NCBI GenBank assembly: GCA_008632985.1
Contig: QPGO01000245.1
Coordinates: forward strand, 1-64,000
From: Psammoneis japonica
Taxonomy: Eukaryota
DNA: 64,000 nucleotides
Reading direction: 5' to 3'
Part shown: in pieces, positions 34,984 to 47,820 of the stretch
How the letters are laid out: every line of letters begins with the position of its first letter
Position numbering within the stretch: position 1 is the first letter of the stretch
Notes under the pieces: model-generated
Databases searched by the model: none
What the model saw: the letters and a program-made list of their open reading frames with translations, nothing else
What the model was told of the DNA's origin: nothing
Position numbers and translations under genes: made by a program

Positions 34984-36141
34984 ATGTTCTTTCATCAATC
35001 CGCTGAAGTGTCAAACTATGATGTTTTGTTCGGGCGTGACGGCTCTCTCGCATCTGCCAACCATGTAGGAAACAACCGGTTCGAAGTCTTTCTGGAGCTT
35101 CATCGAAAGGAGTTTTTTCGGGCCAAGTCGCAGCAGGAACGAGACGTGACAGTCGATAGAATTATCAATACTGTCTGTCGCCAGTGTGTACCAAATGGCC
35201 GCTTCTTGGAGCGCAACGGAGACCAGTGGGCAATTCTGAGTAGTGATAAGGCCACAAGAGAGCGAATCCATCAGGCCTTGATGATGGGTGTTGACACTGA
35301 GAACCACAAGCGCTTGACGAGGCACGTCACCGAAGAATCTACCCAAAGGAACGAAGGAGGCCCCAAGCGACCTCGTCGTGGATCCCTACATCGTCTGAGG
35401 CGTTCCATGTCCGAAAGCATGGTGTCTTCATGCGAATTCAGTCTTTCCTCCATGACGATGGAAATAGAAGAAGAACCGGCTGCCTCGATCGACCGAAATC
35501 CTACGTGGGAGTCAGAGCGGGGTTCCTTTCCAGGACCACCCATGACACCTGCAGCACCGATTCTAAGTACAGTGTCTAACGGACCGGTATCACAGCAAAT
35601 GGACGTGATTCTGAGTGCCAACGGCGTTTCTCTGGACCCCCAACCAACGCTTGTGGGAAATAATCGATTCCGCGTGTTGTTGACGATGCACTCCAAGAGT
35701 CTAAATATGGAAGAAACCGCAACAGAACTAGTGAGGACGGTGACTACCCATTGGAAGGGTCGCTTTCTCAAGGCAACGTCAGACTTTCCACAAGCCGCCT
35801 TGCAAGAGTTAAGCACCTCAGAATCCACAGCCTTCGTCGCCACGTTGCTACGGCAGCAACAAGCTGCTGCTCCTGCAGCACCACCACCGCAACAAGCTGC
35901 TACCTCCGCAACGCCACCACCGCAACAAGCTGCTTCGTCTGCATCGGCTTCATTGTTTGGTGTATTCAATCCCGCTGAGATCCGAAATATGAGGAAAGCT
36001 GCCGTCAAGGAACTCAAGGAACGAAAACAGAAGAAGCAGGTCGCAAACAAGATGATCGGTAGATTACTCCCATTGTCCAATGATGGAACATTGCCTTCTT
36101 CGTTCAACAGCTTTCAGAACTTTATGAGCAACAAGCGCTAA
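34984..36141 (+). CDS. Diatom DUF6824-like domain protein (two repeats)
   Basis: 385-aa ORF with DVLFGR..HVGNNRF..GRFL and DVIL..VGNNRF..GRFL. Confidence 0.8.
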   Translation: MFFHQSAEVSNYDVLFGRDGSLASANHVGNNRFEVFLELHRKEFFRAKSQQERDVTVDRIINTVCRQCVPNGRFLERNGDQWAILSSDKATRERIHQALMMGVDTENHKRLTRHVTEESTQRNEGGPKRPRRGSLHRLRRSMSESMVSSCEFSLSSMTMEIEEEPAASIDRNPTWESERGSFPGPPMTPAAPILSTVSNGPVSQQMDVILSANGVSLDPQPTLVGNNRFRVLLTMHSKSLNMEETATELVRTVTTHWKGRFLKATSDFPQAALQELSTSESTAFVATLLRQQQAAAPAAPPPQQAATSATPPPQQAASSASASLFGVFNPAEIRNMRKAAVKELKERKQKKQVANKMIGRLLPLSNDGTLPSSFNSFQNFMSNKR

Positions 36142-36387
36142 GTTGCAATACGATACAATTTCGAGGCCGCGCCATAATCTTTTCACAAGAGTAGTGTAAA
36201 CAGTCATACATGCTGTACTGTAGATATTCACCAAATAATCAATCCGCCTTTGATTTGTCGCGTCTGGCTCTATGGTACTACATATTTGATTACGGTCTCG
36301 ACTCCATGAGTATTGAAGATAATGTGTGCGTTTGAACTAGAGTAGGCTGCCTTCAAAAACTGTTCCTCAATCATCATTCGTGACGAG

Positions 36388-37605
36388 CTACAATGTGCAG
36401 GTACAGATAGCAGATGAAGCTTTCCTCCTACAACCGTGCGATTCTCCCCCGTGGGTGCAGCTCTCCGCTTTCTCAGCTGAAAGACACGCACCACCGCGTT
36501 TCTTGCAGTAACTGTGGCATTTCCCACCGCCCAAATCAATGTGAAATGTGCACTGCGAATCGTCTGCGCCACATATTCTGGCACGACGACTACCATACTT
36601 CGTCAAGCAGCCATGGCTATTGATGATGGGAGAAGTGGATGGGCTTGTTGAGTTTGTCTTTGCTGTAGGATCTTCCTTGAAAATCTTCTCAAGCAATGTC
36701 GGTGATGGAGTTGGACCGAATGTTGAAGAATGTCCGGTTGGGCTAGTCGTGAGCTTGGAGGCTTTCACAACCGACGGCTTTTTTTCTTCCCCCCCCCCTG
36801 AAAGGGGAGTAGTGAAGTGATAACTTGGAGCACTTGCGGATGTCACCACTCCATTCACTTCCTTAGAGAAAACTGTTCTTGAAAACATTACCTCCTCGCA
36901 GTCTATCTTTATCACTTGTCTGAGGAACTCATTCATCCAGCTTTCAAAGCTAGGTTCGGGCGTCTCGTGGTCGTTGAGACATAAATTACAGGAAACCTTA
37001 ACTTGGAGAGTGAACTTGCGTCTTTTTCTACTTTTCCCAATTTTCTTTCTTCTTGTTCCTTGAGAGAACGCCGCTTTGACAAGCGCATCCGCGATCTCAT
37101 CGACTGGATGGTCTTCCAATACGACCTTCTCCTTGGTAACGAGTTGGTCACCAACAAATATCCTTACTCGAGCAGTAGCATCATTTACAACTGTCATTGA
37201 TATTTTTTCCACGCCTTGGTTGAATAAGACTCTGTTTATCACCCACTCTTCTTCGGCATTGTCGTGTAAGAACTGTCTAATGCCATTGGGTTTGCTTGGG
37301 TATTCTCTATACTGAGCGTACTCAGCATAATACCTTTGTGCAAAGTTATTCATGTTTGATGCCATTGATTTTTCAATACACACGACAACTCCTTCCGAAG
37401 GTCCATTGTCGTTGTCGTCCGGTCCCCCTTCATCCACATCTTCGTCCATGTCGATGCTGTAATAGTATGTCACATCGTCCGACACGTCAAGATCCCTTTC
37501 TTTCATATTCAGCAGGGCGGTACGTAAAGAAGCATTGGTCGTCCCACAAGAGAATACTGACAGTACTGACACTGAACCGAGGATGCTGGTTAGAGAGAGT
37601 CCCAT
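36388..37605 (-). CDS. Hypothetical secreted protein with Ser/Thr/Pro linker and Cys-rich C-terminus
   Basis: Long ORF of normal composition, with a hydrophobic N-terminus MGLSLTSILGSVSVLSVFSCG, an acidic patch, a PTPSPT stretch and a Cys-rich end. Confidence 0.65.
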   Translation of the reverse strand: MGLSLTSILGSVSVLSVFSCGTTNASLRTALLNMKERDLDVSDDVTYYYSIDMDEDVDEGGPDDNDNGPSEGVVVCIEKSMASNMNNFAQRYYAEYAQYREYPSKPNGIRQFLHDNAEEEWVINRVLFNQGVEKISMTVVNDATARVRIFVGDQLVTKEKVVLEDHPVDEIADALVKAAFSQGTRRKKIGKSRKRRKFTLQVKVSCNLCLNDHETPEPSFESWMNEFLRQVIKIDCEEVMFSRTVFSKEVNGVVTSASAPSYHFTTPLSGGGEEKKPSVVKASKLTTSPTGHSSTFGPTPSPTLLEKIFKEDPTAKTNSTSPSTSPIINSHGCLTKYGSRRARICGADDSQCTFHIDLGGGKCHSYCKKRGGACLSAEKAESCTHGGESHGCRRKASSAICTCTL

Positions 37606-38021
37606 GGTAGTGGTGATGATATCACCGTGCAATTTGGAATGGACCATCTTGTGGCACAATACTACACACACACAGTGCGTGACCGTTTTTTCATGGATGG
37701 AGCTACCAAATTGTCCTCCTCTGACAGTTGTTTAAGCCCTCTGCTAACTACATTTATGCCTCTTCGTTCACGAGAGACAAAATGACTGTGTCAAAGTCAT
37801 TATTGCAATCCGTCCTTCCATCCGTCCGTCCATCTGAAAAGAAAATGAAGCACAGGAAACTATTATCGATTTTGGTCGTTGCCTACCGCTGTCCGCGTGT
37901 CGCGTGTCGCGTGTCGCGCTTCTGATGGCCAAGGCCATGGTGGCCTCATTCCAGCGGTCCAGCGGCATGCACTATTTTATTACTGTATTGAATCCATCAC
38001 AATTACTGATGCCATTGGAAT

Positions 38022-41000
38022 ATGGCAACACTCTCGTTGATCCGGTCTTCACGTCCCCATCGAGTACCAAGCTTTCAACGACGCAATTACTTCCCGTCGT
38101 CGTTACGACGATGTTTCAGCAACGCTGCGGGCGACGACAATCACGTTACGATCGGCAATGTCCGTGTTGATTCGTCGCCTGTGGGTAGCAACCGACAAGA
38201 TCTCGTCCCTTCCTTGCAGAATTATCGATACATGTCGCCATGTTCCGTTTCACACTTGCGTTGGATGCTTCAAAAAGATTTGGTGTTGCACCAAGATTTC
38301 CTCTTGTTGGGACCGCCCACGTTGGCGCGCGATCGACGTCATTTGATGTTTCTCTATGCAGCACTTGTCGAAAGAGAAGTTGAATACGTGAGTCTTAGTA
38401 AGGATACGTCAGATGCGGATTTGAAGCAGAGAAAAGAAGTTTCCAATCATGAGAGTAGCTATGCAAATCAAGCTCCAGTCAGGGCAGCCCTGAACGGCAG
38501 ACTCCTGATTCTCGATGGGTTAGAAAAGGCGGAACGGAACGTGCTCCCTACCTTGAATAACATGCTGGAAAATCGAGAACTATCCCTGGATGACGGAAGT
38601 CTTTTGGTGTCGCCGCAAGTTTATGATGCACACTCTGAAAACCAATCGCTCCACATCCACAGAGTGCACGAGGATTTCCGTGTCGCAGCTCTCGGTAGTC
38701 TCGCGCCCGACGGCGCAGCCATGTTGGATCCACCATTACGATCGCGGTTTCAAGCTCGCGTGGCAACGCATATGGATCCAGGTGAAATGCTAGCCACCAT
38801 AAGTGCGGAAAGGGATTTGGATACCAAGATAGTTCAGGAGTTGGTGCAAGTTGCAGCATCCGTGCCAGAGGGTGTTTCACTGCAATGTGTTCATGACGCA
38901 GCAAGGTATTTAGAAGTTCATCCTAATCATTTAAGCACTCGAGCCGCCATGGACGCACATGGTGGAGCCATGATCGCCGTAGGGGATGTCAATGAAGCGT
39001 GGTCATCAAAGCTTGATCCGGCTCCCTCAGTCAAGACGTTTGTTCAATCCAAAACAACCAATACAGTTCAAAACATGATTTTGTCGGCGTTTGAGAGCGG
39101 CAGTCGTGCTGTTGCGTTGGTGGGTCCACAGGGATGCTATAAATCGGCTCTTGCAAGAGACTTGGCACAAAGGGAGGGGGTGAATGCTGAGCTATTTTCA
39201 CTCTATTCCGACATGACTTCTCGAGATTTGCTCTCTACCCGAGCGACGGATGTCGATGGGAACACAGTGTGGCATAGTACGCCATTGACGCGAGCTATTC
39301 AAGAAGGCTCATGGGTCTTGCTGGACGGTATTGATAAGCTCGGTACAGATACGTTGTCTTCGTTGGCGATTTTGATGGATCATGGTCAGGTGGACTTGCC
39401 TGATGGGACCAGACTCCAAGCAACCGAAGGTTTCCAGTGCATTGCAATTGCCCACCCTCCTGAGGAAGACTCGCCTAGCTGGATAGAACCCGAAATCGCC
39501 AGCATGTTTCATTGGATTTCAGTGGACCCGCTACCGAGTCACGAGCTACAGTTGGTGCTGACGGGTTTGTTTCCCGCTTCGGATACCGCGGCACTCGAAA
39601 AGATTGTGAACCTACGAGATCGACTGGCTGATGCGATTACCAGTGGGGCTGCGGATACCCTAGAGGAACAGGAAAGTCTTCTTCTGTCGCTTCGCAAGAT
39701 GAAGCACATCTGCAGACGCGTGGAACAGCGAGGGAGTGATGATCTTCCTCGTTTGGTTCACAACGCCCTCATGACAAGTCTAATGCCAGACCGAGAGAAA
39801 CGTATAGTTGTGGCTTGCATGAAGGACTCCGGCATTGTTGGAGACCCCAACCAAATGCCCAAGACAAATAAGATTGAATTGGACAAGGATTTAATCGCAT
39901 CGTGTCGTCGTACGCCTAAGAACCCACTGCTTGTGCCAGACCCTGTATTCGAACAGAATCCAGGACATAGTCAAGTGCTCCGAGACATTCTTGATGCCCA
40001 CAGTGTTGGAGAACGAGCGCTGTTGATTATGGGTTATCAAGGAGTCGGAAAAAACCGTGTTGTTGATTTCTTACTATCTTCTCTCTCGTGCGAACGCGAA
40101 TACTTGCAGTTGCATCGCGACACTACTGTTCAGTCGCTGCTGTCGTCGCCTTCCGTGGAGGAAGGACGCATCGTTTATGGCGATTCGCCGCTTGTACGAG
40201 CAGCTAAACATGGTCGTATCCTTGTCGTCGACGAAGCCGACAAAGCTCCTGTTGAAGTAGTGGCGTTGCTAAAGGGTCTTATTGAAGATGGGGAGCTGGC
40301 ACTACCAGATGGGCGTATTCTGAGATACGAAGCATCTTCTTCTCAACCCAATATAGTACACATTCATCCCGACTTTCGAGTTTGGCGCTTGCCAATCCTG
40401 CGGGTTACCCCTTCCACGGAAACGATCTTGCTCGAGAGATGGCTGACGTTTTCTCCTGTCATAATGTGCCATCCCTTGATGCCGAAAGCCAATCTCGCAT
40501 CTTGAAAAGTTACGGTCCTCGTGTATCGCAGGATGTTGTAAGAACTCCTTATCGACATTTGGCAGGAATTGAGAGAGGCGCATGAACGAGGTGTCATGGC
40601 ATATCCGTTCAGCGTTCGTGAGGCTGTCTCGGTTGTGAAGCACTTGAATCGTTTTCCTGAAGACGGGCTCAGCGGAGCCCTGGAGAATGTCATTGCCTTT
40701 GACCGATTCGATACATCTCTGTTGAAACAATTGGATACAATTTTTGCAGGGCACGGGGTGAAGATCGTACAAACATCGAAGATGGCGACTTCTGAACTAT
40801 CACCTGGAGGTGGAATCTCTACTCCGAAAACAAGATCTCACCTTCCAAAGCATGGTAAGATTGATCCAACGAACGCACCTCATGTAGGTGGCAACACGTG
40901 GCATGGTGGGACTGGGGGATCGGATACGGCTGGACTCGGCGGACGCGGTGGTCCGTACCGACAAGATTCAGGGCACCCCGTCCACCAAGTTTCAGATGAA

Positions 41001-41888
41001 ATGAAAGCGCAGGTATCGGAAGAAGCCCAACGTCGCGCGCGAGAAATGGCGAAGGAGGCATTGAAAAGGAAATTAGAGGAGCTGAATATGGGGAAACTTG
41101 ATTGGGACCGGTACGACAATTTGCGTCAACAAGTAGCTGTGCAAATACAACAGCTTCAGGTGTTACTGAAAGACATCAAGCGGCGGAAAGAAGAACGAGT
41201 TTGGTTGAAGCGCCAGTCGACGGGTGAATTGGATGACTCACGTCTTGTAGATGCTCTCGCTGGAGAAAAAGATGTGTTTAAACGCCGTGGGAAATCCGAC
41301 GATTCTCGTATGAATTCCATGCGCGGATCAGAAACTATTTCCATCAAGCTTGTTGTGGATGTCTCTGCGTCAATGTATCGCTTCAATGGCTATGATGGAA
41401 GATTACAGCGTTTGCTTGAAGCAACTCTGATGATTATGGAAGCACTGAAGGATGACGAAAGATTTGACCTCACCATCGTGGGTCACAATGGCACAAGTGC
41501 TGACATTCCGTTTGTCAGCTCAAATACTGACCTTGATCCAGCGACGCAACTAAAAATTCTGGAAGGGATGGTAGCTCATACGCAATACACGTATGCAGGA
41601 GACCGAACTCTTGAAGCAATCGATCTTGCCGTGAACGAAGCAAAATCAGGAGATCTTGTCTTGGTTATTTCCGATGCGAACTTGAAGCGTTACCGCATTA
41701 TGCCGGAGGATGTGTCAGATCTAATGCGGAGAAGGGATGTGCATACGCATTTGATTTTGATTGGTTCAATGGGCCAAGAAGCTAACAAGCTGGCCCGCGC
41801 AATTCCAAATGAAAGAGCAAGAGTCTGCATGGAAAGTGAAGAGTTGCCTCTCATTATGAAGAGCATTGTCGCCGCCGCTGCAAAATGA
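38022..41888 (+). CDS. VWA8-like protein (multiple AAA+ modules plus C-terminal von Willebrand A domain); two 1-bp frameshifts (about 40387 and 40541)
   Basis: Motifs LRWMLQKD, LILDGLEKAERNVLPTLNNMLENRE, LDPPLRSRFQ, GYQGVGKN, DEADKAP, PKHGKIDPTNAPHVGGNTWHGGTGGSDTAGLGGRGGPYR, GELDDSRL and VDVSASMYRFNGYDGRL. Confidence 0.9.
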
Positions 41889-42041
41889 GAGCTACGAAAG
41901 TGCTGGAAACAGGCTGCCAATGACCTTGCATTCCCAGTATTTGTGTTTTCGACTTAGATTTTAGAGAAAATAGAAGATTTTTGGTAGTGTTAGAATCAGT
42001 TCAAACGTACAATAGTTGCTTATGGATTTCCAATGCATCTT

Positions 42042-43802
42042 CTACAAAGTGATGCGACCATATCCGGCGCTGGAATACTTGTCACCCCTTCTAGTAGCCC
42101 ATCCACCCGACTGCTGCCCCGGTTGCGTAGGGTGCTCGAAACGAAACACTTTTTCGCCGGCAGCAGTCGTGTCAGTGTGAACCTTAACTCGAAAGACGTG
42201 ATTGAGATTCTGCCCCATCAGCGTCCACGTCGGTTCAACAGGCTGAGGATTGTTCGCATCGTCCCACGCCCGGCACCAAATCTCGTCCGATCCAATCAAC
42301 TTTGCAACCTCTAGGTCGTAGGTCCACCACACCCAACACCAGTACATTCCATACTCATTCGGGCGCTCCTTGCGATCAATCTTTGTCAGCTCCCACGTCT
42401 CTCCCTTGTCGGTGCTAATTTCCACACGAGTCACCATACGTCCACCACCCGTGTGCGCAAAGCCGCCAATCTCCCAAGTCTTGTCAATGTTTTTGCCAAT
42501 CAAAATGGTGTCATCGTGGTTAGGATTGGTAATGACCGAGTTCAGACTCAGCTCGTTGATAATGTACTCTTGTTTGTACCAATAGCCGTCACGCAACGCA
42601 ATCTCAGACGTCACCTGCGGTGGTAAAGCCTTATTGTCGTGATAATGGTAGTGATTCTTGGTTTCATGTGGGATGACATTGATCTCTTTCAGCCACTGTC
42701 ATATTTGAAGTACAGACGTTTTTTCTTGTTAGTACCGAGATCTCGGAAAGCAGAAGATTTAACAAAGCAAGGAATTACTCACCTTGATCATTCGTCCTCC
42801 AATGTACCCAGGGATGATTAGACGGCACGGAAAGCCATGATCGACGTGAAGCTTCTCACCGTTGGCTTCGTACGCAATGATAACGTCATAGGCAGGGTTC
42901 ATCGCTCGGCCTAGTGGAATTGATGTACCGTACTTGACGCTCTTCCCCCATGGTTCATCCTTGAAGGGACCGGGTCCGATTTTGTTTGGCAAATCCTCGT
43001 ATCCAATGAATTCCACGTGCTTGTCACGGACGTTCGTTTCCGATACACCAGCCTTTATCAAAATGTCTCTCAAAGGAACTCCCTTGTAGACGTTGGTGCC
43101 AACGCCTCCGGCACCCCAGCTGAAACCAATCGTTTGACGAATCAGATTGGCTTCCTTACGACGATTCCCGCAGCAAGAAATCGTTACCGGGAATTCCTTG
43201 GCTTTCATGAAAGCGAGTTGATCCATGCTGAGTTCCAGAGGGTTGGGTACTAACGGACCACCAACGCAAAGCGTATGATCTTCCCACGTCATTTTCGGTA
43301 CTTTGTTGTGGTTGCGAACCACATGAAGCGAAACCGGAGTAATGAACTTGTACTGTGACAATAACTCGAGAGGAGGTTCACTATTGAAAGGGTGCCGACC
43401 TGTAAGTCGAACCATGCGTCCATCTCGTGGCACCCATTCGTCTGGTGTACCGACATCACGATAATCGCGAGGAAGATCGTAAATGGTCTTTGCTTTTGCA
43501 AAGATTTCTTCGTTTGGAGTTTCGCCCTCGCGACCTTCATTTGTTGAATTCAAGAACGGAATTGGAGTCGCCTGGAAGAAGGGAGCAACCAAGAAAGAAG
43601 TTAGAATTCAATACAATTACACCGTTTGATGCCACGATGGATGGTTCTGTCAGATGCAGTATCCTTTCCTTTGCCTCACCTTTGGGTACGGCCCGTAGAG
43701 CTCTTCACATGTTGGTTCTCGTTCCACATTTCCATCTTTTAAGGAAAGGAGGCGCTTTACACTCTCGGTCGCGGTAGTAACAACCGTCACAGGACTAGAC
43801 AT
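42042..43802 (-). CDS. Nitrate-reductase-like molybdopterin + dimerisation module only (no cyt b5 or FAD/NADH domains); exons 43802-43680, 43571-42783, 42695-42042 (521 aa)
   Basis: Motifs CEELYGPYPK, GTPDEWVPRDGRMVRLTGRHPFNSEPP, CCGNRRKE, DHGFPCRLIIPGYIGGRMIK|WL, YHYHDN, WCWVWW, CRAWD and FEHPTQPGQQSGGW. Two GT-AG introns; stop after SAGYGRITL. Confidence 0.9.
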
Positions 43803-44445
43803 GATACTTCTGGCACTTTTTATATTTGTGAGACGAGATACAGCAACCTTGTATCATTCGCCAATCCAATATTTTGTGTCGAGACAGGCCATTTTGTGAG
43901 AGAAAATCCGATGCCGACTTTGAGAACAGTGTTTTGGTGGGAACTTCCAGAAGCAGCGACGTCAAGTGGGAATACAAACCGTTAAAGATCAGTCACTCGT
44001 GAATCATCAATCTGCATCCGACGTGCGTCCGTCAAGAGGAGTCGAGAGGCGGTTACTAACTGTATCTCGGTCGCCGCTGTTGCTGTGGGTCGCTGGGACA
44101 TTTCTTCATTGGTGCAATACAACAAAGCACCTGTCACATTACATGATGCATCTCATTGCTCATCGTGGGATGTCGTCGCACAAGCAAGAGAGATCGAAAA
44201 TTCTGTGCTGTGTTGTGAATATATTTATTAAAGTACGTTGATTTGTTAATGTTACATTTTTGGTACTTGTCGTGCGTAAAAAGCTACGAGAGTCGTCAGT
44301 TCACGACCTACGACGCACGTACCACAGAATATCTTTGAAGATCTATCTCCAGATCGGTGTACCGGTAGGCCTAACTAACATACATAAAAGATCAAGCGCA
44401 ATGAGGAAGAGTTGCCGGTGCTCTTAAGCCACGAAAGCCACCACC

Positions 44446-45370
44446 ATGAGAGTTTCCATATGGAAAGACACGTCAATATGTTCTTTATTTCTCCTGCTGC
44501 TGTTGAAAAGAGACTGTATGGCTCTCGTATCGCTCAAGACTCATTCATTTATTCCAAACAAAGCACCGACACAAGTTTTCGACTTTTTAGCTACTCCATC
44601 CAATTGGCCAAACATTGTCTTGTCGTCTGTAGGTGTCAAAGGACCCAGTACAAGCATCCCTCTTACAGAAGGAGACTCGGTAGAAGAAATGTTTGGATTA
44701 CCACCCCTTTTGCCTCTCTGTGTGAAATGGACGTGTAAACGTGCTGACAAAGCAGAAAACGTCCTGGATGTGCGCTCACCCAACGGAGTTGCGGGACTGG
44801 CGTCGAATTGCCGCATGTTGTTTGTTCTGCAGGAATCTTCAAGTGGCGGTACAAGTGTTGATTTGACAATGGAGTACGAACCGGAAAACATCTTGGCAAC
44901 CTTGGCGATACCGGTTCTCACCGTGGACAATGCGCTTGCCCTCAACGTGTTGTTGCCCAAAGCACTGCAACCCCAAAAGCGCCACTGGACGATTTTCTGA
45001 ATCTCATGGGAACTCTTATGGCATTGCAGGAGTCGCACACTTGGCAGACTGCCTCTCGGACTCGAAACTTTTGGTAGCCGCCGGAGCTTCTCCCTTTTAC
45101 GATTTACCCGTGGAGGGCAAGAGCTTGGCGTTGCTTTGGTGCGCGGTAGGACCGCTCTCCTATGTTGCGTCTCGAACAGGACTCGGAACTCTCGGGTTGA
45201 TTGTTTATGGTGCAGTTGAAGTGTTTGGTTCCTTTGTCGTCGGCGCGACGAGCACTGCTGGAACAGCAGCTACGATGGATCCACTCGTCAATGCAATTAT
45301 TGTTCAGGGCATTGTAGCCATCTCTTGGGTGTACTCGTTTAGGAAACAATCCAGACATGAACAACAGTAG
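44446..45370 (+). CDS. SRPBCC/polyketide-cyclase-like domain fused to a multi-pass membrane domain; apparent 1-bp deletions at about 44978 and 45017
   Basis: APTQVFDFLATPSNWP..GTSVDLTMEYEP, then YGIAGVAHLAD and hydrophobic helices. Restoring one A and one T in short homopolymers gives a continuous ORF. Confidence 0.6.
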
Positions 45371-45839
45371 TGGTTCCAAATCCTGAGCAGCTGACATTGT
45401 ACCCGCTACTGATCCAAGCCGATTGCAGTGAGGGTTCTGCGATTCCGTATTTTGGCAGAATCAGCCATTCAGTGTGTGAAATCCAACCTGAATATATTTG
45501 GACTCAGACGAGTCACATTGGCATACGTTGGAGAGACAGAGAGCTGCATCACGAATGGTGTCCCACCTGTCAGCTATAAGAATCTTTTGAGAGGTACGAT
45601 GCAGCTGCATTTTTCTTGTGGAACCTTTCCTTTGTCTTTTCGAACCTCCAACTTTTTTTTTTTCCTTTCTCCGAACGCTCTCTCAGTTATCGTCCTCTCT
45701 CTGGAATGCGTGACTACGACCCTACGGTGCACTGTGCTGTTGGTATTCAAGACAACTCTATAGGGAGCTTAAGTATTTTGATGTTTTTGATGAAAGTTTT
45801 CATGATGTCACTGGACGTAGACGAACTATCGGACCAAAG

Positions 45840-46285
45840 TGAGCGCGAATAGCCGAGGTCTTGGCTGCCTCCTTGGGTGGAGCCATTTCCGCGTCCATTC
45901 TGTATCCGCTCGAAGTGCTAAAAACAGTACATCTATGTTGGAGTTGAAGTATGCGGAAAACTTGTAGCACCACTCTCCGCCAGGGTTGGTTTATTTTCGT
46001 CAAGTGCGTGGAATTTCCACCTTGCAATGGGCCACGGAAAAAGCACCTCCTTTTTTGCCTACAAGGCCTTGAAAAAGTTTGCAGTGCCAAGTGGCAGAGT
46101 AGTATGAGCACGCCTGCCAATTATTTACTTTTGGGGTACATTGCGGAGTGGGCACATTTGCCAATCACGCTGCCCTTGGATTGTTGGACGACGGCGATTC
46201 AAACCACCGCTGCTGGTCAAGCACAAAAATGGAATGGAGTTGTCATTGATGCTGTTATCGGAAAAGGTGCGGGGAATGTGCTATG
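45840..46285 (+). pseudogene. Mitochondrial-carrier family fragment (peroxisomal adenine-nucleotide-carrier-like)
   Basis: AEVLAASLGGAISASILYPLEVLKT carries the PxExxK signature, and LLGYIAEWAHLPITLPLD lies in a separate frame segment. Truncated. Confidence 0.7.
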
Positions 46286-46403
46286 GTGGACCTTACGACT
46301 ATGAAATTGAAACGTTCGTGCACCCCAACTTAATACTACTGCTTTCTTTATTATCGTTTCGGTCCTTTTGCACGCGTAAGACACAGAAAACATAAGAACA
46401 ACC

Positions 46404-47820
46404 ATGGCCAGTTTCTCGGTCCCTTACGTTGCCCCCAACCCGTCGTCATGGGGTCCTCCAAGTGAGACGAGTTGTTGCCTTATGCTCCGTTTGGTACAAC
46501 AAGGAGTTTCAGTACAAGGTGGACGCCGTGGAGCAGTCGTCCTTTCAGTTGGTCGATACAACCAAGTCTCAGACGACCAGTTCCAGCCGTCGGTTTGTCA
46601 CTCCCGCTGCGCGCGTCGGTTGCGTCAAGTCAATGCCCGTCGTCAGGGCGATGGAGGCGGACGTGACGGTGGACAGGATCGCTTTCAGAATGCACAGCGC
46701 ACTCGTGGAGGAGGCAGAGGTGGACGTGGTGGCCACGGTTTTAGAGGTTGTGGAGGATATCGTTGGAACTACCAGAACCGTTTGAACCGACAAGCCTCTG
46801 TCTCGGTTCAGCCAGACCGGAAGCAGGTGGAAGAGCTCGACTTGGCCAAGCTCACAAAGACACTCGTGGCATCGACAAGTCTTCCTGGAACAGAAGATTT
46901 GTGTTGGACAGGCTTTCTGGACGCCTGCAATGATTCGTACGATATGGTCACGGCACGTGCTCCCGTCACGCTCAAGCGCAGTGATACCAAGAGTTTTACC
47001 CCGTCACCGCTACGGACGATCCCGTCTTGGAGAAATTGGCCATTGATGAAACGGGCAATGTCTTTTGTACGGACGCAATCTTGGCTCTTCTCATCACGTG
47101 CTCACGTTCTCTAACCCTTGGGATTCGGTGATACAGAAGCTCCCTTCGGGCATGTTGTTTTTTGACAAGCGCGATAATTCTCAGTTTGACTATCTGTCTG
47201 CGCACGAGACGGCTCACTCCCCGCCCAACGATGATGGCCCCAACGGTGTCAATACTCCTGAGCGCTTGGCGCTGGAAGCTACCACGATTAATCAATACTT
47301 TACTCAGCAGATTCTCAAGAAAACTGGGCGAAAGGACTTTGAGTATCCGAACCCTTTCTTTGACGAAGACGAAGATGACGCGGATATTGTGGAGCACGCC
47401 TCTGTCGCATACGGTTATCGTAAGTTTGACTTGGGCGACAATATAAATCTCGTATGCCGTACCGAGCTTCATGGTATTGTCGAAAAGGACACAGCATTTG
47501 CAAACTGGCAGACCAAAGTCAAGGAACGCTGTGGCTTTGATCCTCTCGGGCTTCAGCCGACAGACGACGGATCGATTCGTTACCTTACATGAGAAGACTG
47601 TTGTTTCGTGTCGCGGATTCCAAGTGCCGCGGGAGTCCAGAGGATGCATCACGCATGATTTTGCAAGATTTCCCTACGGCCGGGGCGTTGGGGCCAAATG
47701 TCGTTACAGTTGGCACCGCAGTCCAAGGATAGTGAAGGACAGTTGCATGCCAATGTACAACGAGGTGCTTCTTCAACTCAACCCTTACAGTCTAGATAAG
47801 ACGTGGAACGTGAATTGAAA
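46404..47820 (+). pseudogene. eIF3d: Translation initiation factor eIF3 subunit D pseudogene (several frameshifts and internal deletions)
   Basis: [75 protein letters not shown] and [15 protein letters not shown] are spread over three frames. The C-terminal part is collapsed. Confidence 0.85.

Noticed and set aside
35271..36107. 278-aa minus-strand ORF (also 44541-45038 and 33076-33648)
   Set aside because: Antisense shadows of real genes.
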